Positions 47,016-56,103 of a stretch of 64,000 nt of DNA are shown here, in pieces; the stretch's first letter is position 1, and each line of letters starts with the position of its first letter. Origin of the DNA: a virus. Below the pieces are notes generated by a model, which saw nothing but the letters and a program-made list of their open reading frames with translations, was not told where the DNA came from and did no database searches. The stretch is from the IMG/VR virus record IMGVR_UViG_3300017987_000015, positions 4,965 to 68,964 of that record; one strand, given 5' to 3'. The translations under genes and the position numbers were made by a program.

Positions 47016-47942
47016 GTGCACTACGCAACCCTATATCAAGTCAGGCAATATCTGAAGCTTGCGGATTCGGAAACTGGGGACGACGAACTGCTGAAGCGGT
47101 TTGTTCGTGAAGCTGTCAACGCAATCGACGAACGATGCCGGCGCAGATTCGATATTCGGTATGACACGCTAAGCTTTGACTATCCCCTGCCCAGACGGGA
47201 CCGGGTAGGGGTCTATAGGGTCGATGACTTTGTGACCCAAATGACTGCGGTGGCGGATTGGACCAAGCAGCTATTGCGCCTGGACAAAGACCTGCTGGAG
47301 GCCACGACCATCACCAATGGCGACGATACTTCCGTATCGTTGGATGATGTGGTTTTCAAACCGCCCAATTCCTACCCCAAGATCTCGGTGGAGATCAAGC
47401 CCGGATCTGGAGAGAGATGGGAGTATGAGGATGACGGCAATAGGCTGCAGGTGATCCAAATTGCAGGGTATTGGGGGTACCATACCAGATATGGGGATGC
47501 CTGGAGCGATTCCCTGGATTCGGTGCAGGATAATCCATTGACCGATAGCGCCACATCATTGACCGTGAGTGACGTCGGTGGCACAGACAGTGACGCACTC
47601 TCCCCCAGGTTCCAGGTAGGGCAGATGCTGAAGATCGAGGATGAGTTTTTATTTGTCGTGGCCAGGAATACTACCACAGATGTTATGACGGTGGTTAGAG
47701 GGTACAACGGAACCACAGCGGCACAGCACGCCAAGAGCACGACGGTCTACGTATACCGCCCCATGGATAAAATAGTGCGGGCTTGTTCCCGATTAGTGGT
47801 GTGGGCCTACCGCCAGAAGGACACAGACGCCTTCGATAAAGCCACCATTTTGGGCTCCGGTGTGGCCATCACCCCGTCCACGATGCCGGCTGACGTCCGA
47901 GAGCTGTTGCCCAAGCCCAAACCGCCGAGACTAAACGATTAG
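47016..47942 (+). CDS. Head-tail connector (gp6/gp15-like) with an inserted beta domain
   Basis: YATLYQVRQYL...D..L...A...ID..C.RRF; G.WGY; C-terminal MPADVRELL. Confidence 0.75.
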   Translation: MHYATLYQVRQYLKLADSETGDDELLKRFVREAVNAIDERCRRRFDIRYDTLSFDYPLPRRDRVGVYRVDDFVTQMTAVADWTKQLLRLDKDLLEATTITNGDDTSVSLDDVVFKPPNSYPKISVEIKPGSGERWEYEDDGNRLQVIQIAGYWGYHTRYGDAWSDSLDSVQDNPLTDSATSLTVSDVGGTDSDALSPRFQVGQMLKIEDEFLFVVARNTTTDVMTVVRGYNGTTAAQHAKSTTVYVYRPMDKIVRACSRLVVWAYRQKDTDAFDKATILGSGVAITPSTMPADVRELLPKPKPPRLND

Positions 47943-47952
47943 GGGGAGAATA

Positions 47953-49152
47953 ATGGCCAAAGAGCCGTGGCAAAGACAAGCGGGAACCATAACCCGGAAT
48001 CTCGTTAGGACTCTTCGTGATTGCAGGAAGGACATAGAGGCAGCTATCAAGCTCATTCCAGGCAGCCGCAGTAAGGACACTATGTCACAGATACTGGCCG
48101 AGGGAGATTTGCATCTGGCTAGGTGTATCAGAAGCATCGAGGATGTGGCCTATGTCATGGCCAGTGGGCCCTACACTCCTGTTCGATCAGCCGGGCAGGG
48201 GGGGCTGTTGGGGGCTCTGAACTCGGGGGAGGTCTCGTTTGATAGCCTGAAATACGAACGTGACGGGCCCACTATGACCCACTGGCAGGATTCAGCGGGC
48301 AATCGTATCACGATCGGGGATGTGGTCTCCTTTAGACACCACGGCAAGGATTTCCAAGGCGAGATCATCGACTCTGGGCATTACAACCCGATAGTGCGGG
48401 TTGGTCTGACTGCTTACGAGGTCTCTCCCAGGGCATTGGCCTTGAAGAGGCGGGGTGTGGGAAAGGCCATCCCTGGGAAAGCGAGAATCAGGCCGGGCGG
48501 CAGGGTTCGGGTACTGCAGGGCAGGCACGCCGGCGAATCCGGACGGGTAACGGCGGTAATGTCCGGCGGCATTCCCGAGGCGAATGTGGAGTTAGACAGC
48601 GGTCTGCGCAGGACATTCCGGCTCGATGATCTGACTACCGATATGGAGGCCTCACTGGGTAAGGCTGCCCCCGTGGGATCGATGAGGATCAAACCGGGCC
48701 AACCGGTGGTGATAAAGCGAGGAAGGTTTGCCGGCCAACCGGGCAGGGTTGTGGCAGTGTGGAGAAGGACCGGGGATGCCACAGTACGCCTGCACAGGGG
48801 AGGACAGGAGATCTTCTGTTTTGACAATCTGGACACCAACGTGGCCCCGCAGAGATCCTTGAGCACGGGGAGAATGTCCAGGGAGCAAGCCAGAGGAACA
48901 GCCGAAGAGCTGCTAGGACAATATCGGTGGCGGTTGGGCCACATCGATCGAGCAGGGAGGGGTTGGGCCGTCACCTCGGAGGGGGTGGGTATAGGCAGGG
49001 GGGTAGTTGTCTCGATATCCTTCCAGATGGATGACACCGGAGAGCCCAGCAGCCCGATAACTATTTATGGGTTCGATGCCAACGGCAACGAAATGAGCGG
49101 CACGTCGCATTCCATGCTAAGCCCAAGCCGGGCGGCCAAGCAGGTAAGGTAG
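47953..49152 (+). CDS. Candidate cargo polyprotein with KOW/SH3-like repeats
   Basis: Internal leader B (LLGALNSGEVSFDSLK); two PG..V....GR.AG..GRV..V repeats. Confidence 0.65.
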   Translation: MAKEPWQRQAGTITRNLVRTLRDCRKDIEAAIKLIPGSRSKDTMSQILAEGDLHLARCIRSIEDVAYVMASGPYTPVRSAGQGGLLGALNSGEVSFDSLKYERDGPTMTHWQDSAGNRITIGDVVSFRHHGKDFQGEIIDSGHYNPIVRVGLTAYEVSPRALALKRRGVGKAIPGKARIRPGGRVRVLQGRHAGESGRVTAVMSGGIPEANVELDSGLRRTFRLDDLTTDMEASLGKAAPVGSMRIKPGQPVVIKRGRFAGQPGRVVAVWRRTGDATVRLHRGGQEIFCFDNLDTNVAPQRSLSTGRMSREQARGTAEELLGQYRWRLGHIDRAGRGWAVTSEGVGIGRGVVVSISFQMDDTGEPSSPITIYGFDANGNEMSGTSHSMLSPSRAAKQVR

Positions 49153-49169
49153 AAATCGGGAGATTGCGA

Positions 49170-49565
49170 ATGGCGATGCGGCAGAGTGCCCTTATAGACA
49201 GAATCTCGGGGGGCATAATCAAGTCCTTAACCGGAAAAGAGTGGGACACTCCCAAGAATTATGGCCCGGAAGCGGAAGCCGCCAAGCGGGCGATCCGTGA
49301 GGGATGGAACAGCCCAGCCCGATTCTCTGTGAAGGAGCAGAGATGGAAGCCGAGGATGAGCACTAGTCAGGACGTCGCCATGAAGCTCATGGCAGAAGCT
49401 TGGGCCCACCATCGATCCGGTGGGCTTCGAGAGATACCTCTGCGGCCAATTAACAGATCCACGCTTAGAAGTCTGCAATCTAGAGGATGGGTGGATAGCA
49501 GACTGCCAAAGCTGACGGCTCTGGGACTGGCCGTAGTGCGGGAATTCTGGCCGGCATACTTGTGA
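49170..49565 (+). CDS. Candidate capsid cargo protein (leader type A) with a wHTH-like C-terminus
   Basis: ALIDRISGGIIK|S; STLRSLQSRGWV...LTALG. Confidence 0.55.
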   Translation: MAMRQSALIDRISGGIIKSLTGKEWDTPKNYGPEAEAAKRAIREGWNSPARFSVKEQRWKPRMSTSQDVAMKLMAEAWAHHRSGGLREIPLRPINRSTLRSLQSRGWVDSRLPKLTALGLAVVREFWPAYL

Positions 49566-49575
49566 TGATGGGTCG

Positions 49576-50022
49576 ATGAGTGTATCAACAGTTCCCCCAG
49601 CGATCGTGGCTTTGGATTGGTCATCTGCTGGTATCACTACAGCAGAGGACCCGCCCCCGCCATCCATCGAGACAGCCCAAATACCGATGCTGTATGTCCT
49701 GACCGGTGAAGCGGACTTTGACTGGGCAGACATCGATCAGGGTTGGGAGACCAGAATATACCGGGTCCAGGTGGCTGTAATACCTACTACGTTGGCAACA
49801 CCGGAAACTAGGGAAACCAGGTGCCGGCCCGTCCTGGTTGGGGTACGTGGGGTGCTCGATTCGGCCCCCCAGTTGGGCCAGACGCGCTATATTCAGAGTG
49901 CGACGATCGTGGGGGATAGCGGGATAGCCATCTTGCCGGAGTATAACAGCAAGTATGTCGGATTCGAAATCCGCTTGCAGGTGATAGAGGTATTCGCCCG
50001 CGATTTTTCCAGCGGAGAATGA
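49576..50022 (+). CDS. Tail terminator/neck-like protein
   Basis: Position before the tail tube, size and composition. Confidence 0.5.
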   Translation: MSVSTVPPAIVALDWSSAGITTAEDPPPPSIETAQIPMLYVLTGEADFDWADIDQGWETRIYRVQVAVIPTTLATPETRETRCRPVLVGVRGVLDSAPQLGQTRYIQSATIVGDSGIAILPEYNSKYVGFEIRLQVIEVFARDFSSGE

Positions 50023-50031
50023 GGAGGAAAC

Positions 50032-50316
50032 ATGAAGGCAATCGACCCAGTTGGAGTGGACGGTGGGGGGGGCATCCCCGAGATCACGGTTCTATGCCCG
50101 TACTGTGGGGAACCGGTGCTGATGAAACGGCACCCGGATAGGCCGTGGAGATTGGTGGCGGCAGCGGGCTGCAAGGGCAGCAAGCCCCTGCCATTCCTAG
50201 AAACCAACATTCCTGTGGACATCGAAGAAGGGGAGGAGGAACCGGTAGGTCTTTCAGTGGGGGAGCCGCTTGAGGAGCAGCCTGAGGAGGGGGAAGCAGA
50301 GAGTGAAACTATATAG
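50032..50316 (+). CDS. Zn-ribbon hypothetical protein with an acidic tail
   Basis: CPYCG; GAGGAGG RBS. Confidence 0.5.
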   Translation: MKAIDPVGVDGGGGIPEITVLCPYCGEPVLMKRHPDRPWRLVAAAGCKGSKPLPFLETNIPVDIEEGEEEPVGLSVGEPLEEQPEEGEAESETI

Positions 50317-51709
50317 CATTATTACGGGCACTGGCAGGTGCGGCACATCCTATGCTGCCAAATTGCTGACCGAGGCCGGCATGCAGTGTACGCATGAACG
50401 AGTATGGGGGTTCCACGATGCCGATTGGGAAAACCCTGAGGAACCGGCGGAGTCTAGCTGGGTGGCTGCCCCATTCCTGAATGGGCCGCTGGCCAAGGAT
50501 GCCAGGGTGATCCACCTGGTACGGCATCCTAAGCATGTTATTGAATCCTTGGTGAGGACCAACTTCTTTGATGAGAATACGGGGCGTAGGGATTGGCCGT
50601 ACACCCAGTTCGTGTACGACAGAATGCCGGACCTGCTGAACATGGAATCGCAGATCGACCGAGCTGCAGCGTTTTACGTTCGATGGAACCGGATGATCGA
50701 GGATTCAAGGCCGGACGCGACCAGGGTACCCGTGGAAGCCGCGGAGCCGGTCTGGGAACAACTACCAAACCCCGATTGGCGCATTGATGAGTTGGGAATG
50801 GAGCAGGGCAAGAGGTATCTCTTGACCGGTGATCCTGGGGCCCTGCTGAAGGAGTACGGTCTCGAAGCCCCAGAAGACATTCGGGTCTCTAATAGAGAGA
50901 ACCGGCATGGGGGCGTTTGGAGAAAAGTCCCGCTGAACCAGATACCGGATGTGGAGATCCGGAGTGATGTAGTAGAGATGTGTAAGGAGTACGGATACGA
51001 TCCCTGTCTCGGAGAGGACCCCAGGGCATTTTGGGCGGTATTGCTAGAGCGGAACGTGCAATGGAATTCGATCGATGCCCTGTTCGATCTGGCTAATGGG
51101 GCTACAATGGGGGGGCATACCAGAATATCAATCCCGTATGGCAGGACGGATACTTCCAGGAACCACATCGTCCGCTGTTTCCAGGAATTGGCCCAGAGCC
51201 CGAACGACATGATCATCATGTTGGATTGCGATCATGTTCATCCTCCCAATACGATAGACCGGCTGTTCAGACACGACCCAACGTTGGGAGTAGTGGCAGC
51301 TCTGGCCTTCAGAAGGGGGCCTCCCTACGACCCGATGTTTTTTGTTTGGGAGGAGAATGGGAGGAGAAGCAGGTTTGTTGCTCCCGCAGAGTGGAGACGG
51401 GGGGCCCTATATGAGTGTGATGCGATAGCCACCTGTGCTATAGGCATTCGCCAGTGGGTGTTTGTGGAGCTGGACGAAGCGGGATCTCCATTCCCGTATT
51501 TTCGATACTCATATGAGCGCGGCTATCAGATGACGGAGGACATCTTCTTTGCCATGAGCTGTATGCGGGCCGGCATTTCGCAGTACTGTGATACCTCCCT
51601 GGTGACCCCACATCTATCCACGATTGGTGTGGACGAGAACACGTGGGAGGAATTCAAGCAGAAGAACCCCTCTATCCTGAGTTCTCAGGGAAAGGAAATC
51701 GATCGATGA
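50303..51709 (+). CDS. Sulfotransferase-like / GT-A glycosyltransferase fusion
   Basis: ITGTGRCGT...HE and IHLVRHP (PAPS-binding-like); RNHIV...MLDCDH and TEDIFF...CDT...H (GT2-like). Confidence 0.7.
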   Translation: MKLYSIITGTGRCGTSYAAKLLTEAGMQCTHERVWGFHDADWENPEEPAESSWVAAPFLNGPLAKDARVIHLVRHPKHVIESLVRTNFFDENTGRRDWPYTQFVYDRMPDLLNMESQIDRAAAFYVRWNRMIEDSRPDATRVPVEAAEPVWEQLPNPDWRIDELGMEQGKRYLLTGDPGALLKEYGLEAPEDIRVSNRENRHGGVWRKVPLNQIPDVEIRSDVVEMCKEYGYDPCLGEDPRAFWAVLLERNVQWNSIDALFDLANGATMGGHTRISIPYGRTDTSRNHIVRCFQELAQSPNDMIIMLDCDHVHPPNTIDRLFRHDPTLGVVAALAFRRGPPYDPMFFVWEENGRRSRFVAPAEWRRGALYECDAIATCAIGIRQWVFVELDEAGSPFPYFRYSYERGYQMTEDIFFAMSCMRAGISQYCDTSLVTPHLSTIGVDENTWEEFKQKNPSILSSQGKEIDR

Positions 51710-52533
51710 CAGCACCAAATGCAGCGCGTAGTGGAGTTGGCTTTAGATCCATTCGGGTGTTCGCTTTAAACTCTGACGGCTACCTCGATGCAGAAAGCAC
51801 CAACGTGGCGTACGAGGGTGTGGCCATCACCGGAGCCCGGGCCCTCACCTTGAATGATCCAGAGCCCCAGCAGATTGTCCATCGCGGCGATGATCGGGTG
51901 TTCGCCCTGGATACCCTGCCCCCAACCGATCCAATCAGTGGAGAGATGCGGGTCGGCAAGACCAGTGACACCGTAGATGCCGTCCTCACCGATGATAAGG
52001 CCTTCTATGTCAAGAGTGGTGCAGCACGTCTGTTCGGCATCGGCACAGACAATCGGGGGGACGAAAGTCAGGTTGGTGTGCTGGCCTATCGGCAAGCCCT
52101 GGATACAGACCCGGACGGCACCGATTTCGGTGTCAGGCGTTGGGAATTCCGCATATTCCCCAAGGCCTACATTATCCCCAGGGAGGGAGGTCTAGTAGAT
52201 ACCCCAGAGGAACGGGCATATACTGTCCGCCCGTTGTTCGTCAAGGAGCATCTGTGGGGTGTGGCCTTCTCGACCAGCACTGAGGGATTCGAGCAAGCGC
52301 AGGGCCTACGGGGCATAGCCAAGAACAAGCCCAAGGTCATCGCCTATCAAGGAGACAACACCGTCACGACTTTTGCCCTGGACCCGGTGGCTGTCAATAC
52401 AGACAATATCGGGGTATGGGTGAACGGGGTGGATTATTCTGGCACGGCCACCCTAGCCACAAACCAGGTCGACTTTGGTACCTCTCCCCCAACCACCAGT
52501 GCCAACATCACCATTTTCTACGAACATGCATAG
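51706..52533 (+). CDS. Major tail tube protein with a C-terminal beta domain
   Basis: Position upstream of the chaperone and tape measure; size and composition. Confidence 0.6.
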   Translation: MTAPNAARSGVGFRSIRVFALNSDGYLDAESTNVAYEGVAITGARALTLNDPEPQQIVHRGDDRVFALDTLPPTDPISGEMRVGKTSDTVDAVLTDDKAFYVKSGAARLFGIGTDNRGDESQVGVLAYRQALDTDPDGTDFGVRRWEFRIFPKAYIIPREGGLVDTPEERAYTVRPLFVKEHLWGVAFSTSTEGFEQAQGLRGIAKNKPKVIAYQGDNTVTTFALDPVAVNTDNIGVWVNGVDYSGTATLATNQVDFGTSPPTTSANITIFYEHA

Positions 52534-52589
52534 CAGAGAGGGCATATGACGAAGTAAAGGGGGTCATGAGACCCCCAGGAGGCAAATCG

Positions 52590-52886
52590 ATGTTAGTGAG
52601 AGCGAGAGACCGCAGGGGCCGGCCGCGGCTGGTTCGGGTGTCCCCGATAAAAGCCGGGCGCGCATACAGTTCGCGTAGTGGGCTCAGGGCCCAAAAGGAA
52701 AAGGCCCCAAAGGAGCTCAGTGATGCGGCCAAGTCTGTTCATCAGGCAGAGCGGGGGATCAGCAGCCTGGCCGGCAGCGCCACCAGCAAAGAAGGGGCCC
52801 GGTATTATAAGGATCTGGAGAAAGCCCTGCAGGATGCCAACCGCGCCATCATTCAGATCTTGAGAGTCAACGGTTGGAGGATATGA
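52590..52886 (+). CDS. Candidate capsid cargo protein (Arg-rich leader type C)
   Basis: AGGAGG RBS; MLVRARDRRGRPRLVRVSPIKAG then a helical hairpin. Confidence 0.6.
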   Translation: MLVRARDRRGRPRLVRVSPIKAGRAYSSRSGLRAQKEKAPKELSDAAKSVHQAERGISSLAGSATSKEGARYYKDLEKALQDANRAIIQILRVNGWRI

Positions 52887-53158
52887 TGCCAATGAGAAGA
52901 GGGCGCAGAGTTTTGGTTCGGATACGCCGGCCGGCGCTGAAGGACTGGCGGCAGGATCAAACATACGGGCCCAGAACCAAGGACCTGGTGCACAGTCTTG
53001 GTCAATCGAAACGGCACATAGAGCGAGCGTGGGCTCAGGCCAATGCCCTGGGTGCGGCAGTTCGCAGAGAGGGAGTGGTCCCAAGCGGGTTGCCCGGCGA
53101 ATTGCTGTCTGCCCTACAGACGGCCATTCGTATCATCGAGGAGTTGGAGGGCTTCTGA
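52883..53158 (+). CDS. Candidate capsid cargo protein (Arg-rich leader type C)
   Basis: MMPMRRGRRVLVRIRRPALK then a helical hairpin. Confidence 0.55.
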   Translation: MMPMRRGRRVLVRIRRPALKDWRQDQTYGPRTKDLVHSLGQSKRHIERAWAQANALGAAVRREGVVPSGLPGELLSALQTAIRIIEELEGF

Positions 53159-53169
53159 CAGGAGGGACG

Positions 53170-53544
53170 ATGGCTCTCAAAGAGGGGACGGTAGTATACG
53201 AGAAGGGCGAAATCCGGATAGAGCTGTTGGTTGGGGAGGCTTCTGTCCTAATGGGCATGCGCAGAACCAGGCTCAGGATGGAGGGCCGCAGGGCAGAGGA
53301 GGAGGACCCCGATCGGGCCCTGCTGCGGGTATTTTCCTACCCGGACATGCTGGCCGCCACCAAGACAGCGGAGGGCATCCCGTGGCCCCTGGGCTTCGAG
53401 GAATTTCTGGCTCTGCCTGAGGGACTACTAGTCATGTGGGAAGAAGCCGTATACGAGCTGAACCCCAATTGGCTGATTACCGATCAAGTGGGGGGAGATG
53501 AGGAGCAGACAAAAAAAGTAGCGCAGAGCTCTACCGACGATTAA
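53170..53544 (+). CDS. Tail assembly chaperone (gpG-like)
   Basis: Precedes the tape measure; slippery A AAA AAA near the 3' end. Confidence 0.7.
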   Translation: MALKEGTVVYEKGEIRIELLVGEASVLMGMRRTRLRMEGRRAEEEDPDRALLRVFSYPDMLAATKTAEGIPWPLGFEEFLALPEGLLVMWEEAVYELNPNWLITDQVGGDEEQTKKVAQSSTDD

Positions 53545-53759
53545 CATGCTGGCACAAGAGGGAATCCCCCGGCGAGGAGGACTTCCCAGACATCCCCCTG
53601 CACGACCCGGACGAAAGCTGGAGAGTCTGGACCCTCCTTGAAGCAATAAGCTGGAGATGGCCCCCAGACGTTCTGCTGAGGCAGCCGGAGCAGCTTATGG
53701 AGGATCTGGTGGCAATATCGTTTGCGTCATCCCGAGTGAGGGAGCGATTGAGTGAATAA
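53511..53759 (+). CDS. -1 frameshift extension of the tail chaperone (gpGT-like)
   Basis: The -1 frame is open from the A7 run to TAA 53757-59: SSAELYRRL...WRVWTLLEAISWRWPPDVLLRQPEQLMEDL. Confidence 0.7.
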   Translation, partial: KKSSAELYRRLTCWHKRESPGEEDFPDIPLHDPDESWRVWTLLEAISWRWPPDVLLRQPEQLMEDLVAISFASSRVRERLSE

Positions 53760-53803
53760 AGTGGGGGGCCAAACCGGCCCCCCTCTTTGCTTTAGGAGAA
53801 CCG

Positions 53804-56101
53804 ATGGCGAGAGAGAAACTTCTGCAGGCAATTCTGCGGTTGTCATTCGACAAGAGGACAGCCACAGAGGCCAAGCAGGGGGTGGTTTCAATAGAAGATG
53901 CCCTGGCCCGTCTTGAAGATAGGGCCAGCGCTACCCGCGATGCTCTGATAGAACTGCAGGAGGGGACGGAAATCCTGGCCGTGGCCGGGGAGCAGTTGGA
54001 GCAACTGGGACGGGGCATCGCCACACCCCTGAGGCAAGCCGCCGAAGAGTACGTGATGTACGCCGGCAGGGCGGATTCTGTGTCCAGAGAATGGCTGGAC
54101 ACGAGCAATGATCTGGCCAGCTCCCAGAGGAAGATTGGCAGGGCAGCAGCTCAGGCAGTCTTGCCCACGATGGATCGGGCAGCCAGACTGGCGGAGAAAG
54201 CATCTCGGTTTGCCGAAAGACACCCCGGCGTAGTCAGAGCGGCACTGAACGTCGGCACTGCCATGGCCACGCTGGGTGCCGTGGGGATGGCAGTAAGCAG
54301 GGGCATCCGCATATATGCAGATGTGAAAACTGCAGCAATGGCTGCCCAGCAGTTGCTGGCCGGCAAGCTGATGCAGAAGGCAGCCAAACAGCAGTTGGCT
54401 GCGGCAGGGGGAATGGCTGCAGGGAAGGGGGCCGGGGCGGCAGCGGGTGCTGGCGGGGCGGCAGCAGGTGCCGGTGGAGGAGCAGCAGCAGGTGGCCTGA
54501 CCGTGGCCGGGGTTGGGGCAACGGTCTTGGGGGGGCTGCTGCTTGGCGGCGGCGTCAATGAACTGATAGCCCGATCGGACGTGGGGCAGAGGGCCGGCTT
54601 CCAGACATTCGGGAAATGGGCCAGTGTGGGAGCGTACGGTGCCGGCAAGCTGGTAGGGGGAGAGGAGAAGGGGCAGGAGTGGCTTATGAAAGCGGCGGTG
54701 GCTCTCGGTGAAATCGAGGGCCAAGCTGAGGGCACAACCGCTGCCCTGAATGAACAGACCTCTATGAGCAGAGATGCCCTGGAGGCTTACATCGAGCATA
54801 CCCGATCGATGGCAGAGATGGAGGACCAGAGACAGAGAGAACTGGCCCGCATGCAGCAAGAGTATGGGCGGGAAGATACAATGATGGAGGAGCAGTACAA
54901 TCGGCAGCGCATGCTGATGGCCAGAGACTTTGAGCGTGGCAGAGAGGAAATGGAACGGCAATACGCCAGACAGCGCCAGATAGAGGCGAAAGAGACTGCC
55001 CGCGAGGAAGCCCAAATAGACCAAGAGCATAATCGTGGTATGCTTAGGGAAGCCAAGGACTTTGTACGAGAAGAACGGGCGGAGATCGAGGCGTATTACC
55101 GTGAACGGGCCCAAATGGCTGCGGATTTCGGGCAGGAAATGGCCAGGGCCGAAGAGGACCATCAGCGCGAAATGCGCAGAATGCAGGAGGACCACGATCT
55201 GAGAATGCAGGAGCACATCCGATCGAGAGATGCTCTGGCCATGGTGGAGGAGGAGCGACAATACGAAACCGAGAGAGGCAGAGCAGAAGAGGACTACGGG
55301 GTCGACATGCAGCGCAGGAATGAAGACTTTGCAAAGCAGATGGCCCAAATGGAGGAGCAGTTTGCCCGTCAGAGGGAGCTCCGCCAAGAAGAACGAGAAC
55401 GGATGATGGAGGAGCAGCAAGAAGACTTCGAATACCAGCGCCAGCTAAGGGAAGAGGAACGGCAATGGCGTATGGAGCAAGACCAGAAGGAATTCGAATA
55501 CGAGCAAGAGCAGGAGGACAGAAGGTTCCAGAGAGAGATGGGAGATCTCCAAGAGGAGGAGCAATACGAGCGCAGTCTGAGAATGCAGGAAAGAACCTTC
55601 CGTGAAGAGATGGAACAGCAGATGTTTGAGGAGGAGCGGCAGTTAGCAGAGGAGAGATTGGCAGATCAGTTGCGCAGAATAGATGAGGACGCCGGCATCC
55701 TGGGAGAACGTGAGCGGCAAAAGAGGAACCAGTATTACGATTTGATGATAGCGGATGCAGAGACATTTGTGGCCCGTTTGCGCAATACCCATCTCGGGTT
55801 CTATTACTCTATGCCCGGCATGCAGACTGGTGGATATGTGGGCCCGGGGGTGTACAAGATGGGCGAACAAGGGCGGGAATTCGTTCTCAGCAATAGGACG
55901 ACGGAAGCCCTGGAGAGGATGGCAGGCAGCCGCTTGACACAGGAGAAGATGCTGGCGATAGCATCCACCGGGAGCAGGGGCCCAATGACATTGCAGCAGA
56001 ATTTTACCTTTCACGGATCGATGAACGAATCCGAAAGACAGTGGTTCCGCCAAGAGGCTCATGATCAAGCATTGGCCGCTTTCGATCAAATAACGAGGTA
56101 A
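53804..56101 (+). CDS. Tape measure protein
   Basis: Long helical protein after the chaperone, with an Ala/Gly-rich hydrophobic part and an E/R/Q-rich coiled region. Confidence 0.85.
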   Translation: MAREKLLQAILRLSFDKRTATEAKQGVVSIEDALARLEDRASATRDALIELQEGTEILAVAGEQLEQLGRGIATPLRQAAEEYVMYAGRADSVSREWLDTSNDLASSQRKIGRAAAQAVLPTMDRAARLAEKASRFAERHPGVVRAALNVGTAMATLGAVGMAVSRGIRIYADVKTAAMAAQQLLAGKLMQKAAKQQLAAAGGMAAGKGAGAAAGAGGAAAGAGGGAAAGGLTVAGVGATVLGGLLLGGGVNELIARSDVGQRAGFQTFGKWASVGAYGAGKLVGGEEKGQEWLMKAAVALGEIEGQAEGTTAALNEQTSMSRDALEAYIEHTRSMAEMEDQRQRELARMQQEYGREDTMMEEQYNRQRMLMARDFERGREEMERQYARQRQIEAKETAREEAQIDQEHNRGMLREAKDFVREERAEIEAYYRERAQMAADFGQEMARAEEDHQREMRRMQEDHDLRMQEHIRSRDALAMVEEERQYETERGRAEEDYGVDMQRRNEDFAKQMAQMEEQFARQRELRQEERERMMEEQQEDFEYQRQLREEERQWRMEQDQKEFEYEQEQEDRRFQREMGDLQEEEQYERSLRMQERTFREEMEQQMFEEERQLAEERLADQLRRIDEDAGILGERERQKRNQYYDLMIADAETFVARLRNTHLGFYYSMPGMQTGGYVGPGVYKMGEQGREFVLSNRTTEALERMAGSRLTQEKMLAIASTGSRGPMTLQQNFTFHGSMNESERQWFRQEAHDQALAAFDQITR

Positions 56102-56103
56102 AG

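Noticed and set aside
53888-55420. 510-aa antisense ORF, and similar long shadow ORFs at 25858, 43952, 4364 and 14524
   Set aside because: They lie opposite well-supported genes, have no motifs, and are expected in GC-rich DNA.
54780-55700. Repetitive E/R/Q-rich region as a separate repeat element
   Set aside because: It is explained as the coiled-coil part of the tape measure protein, with no exact DNA repeat.
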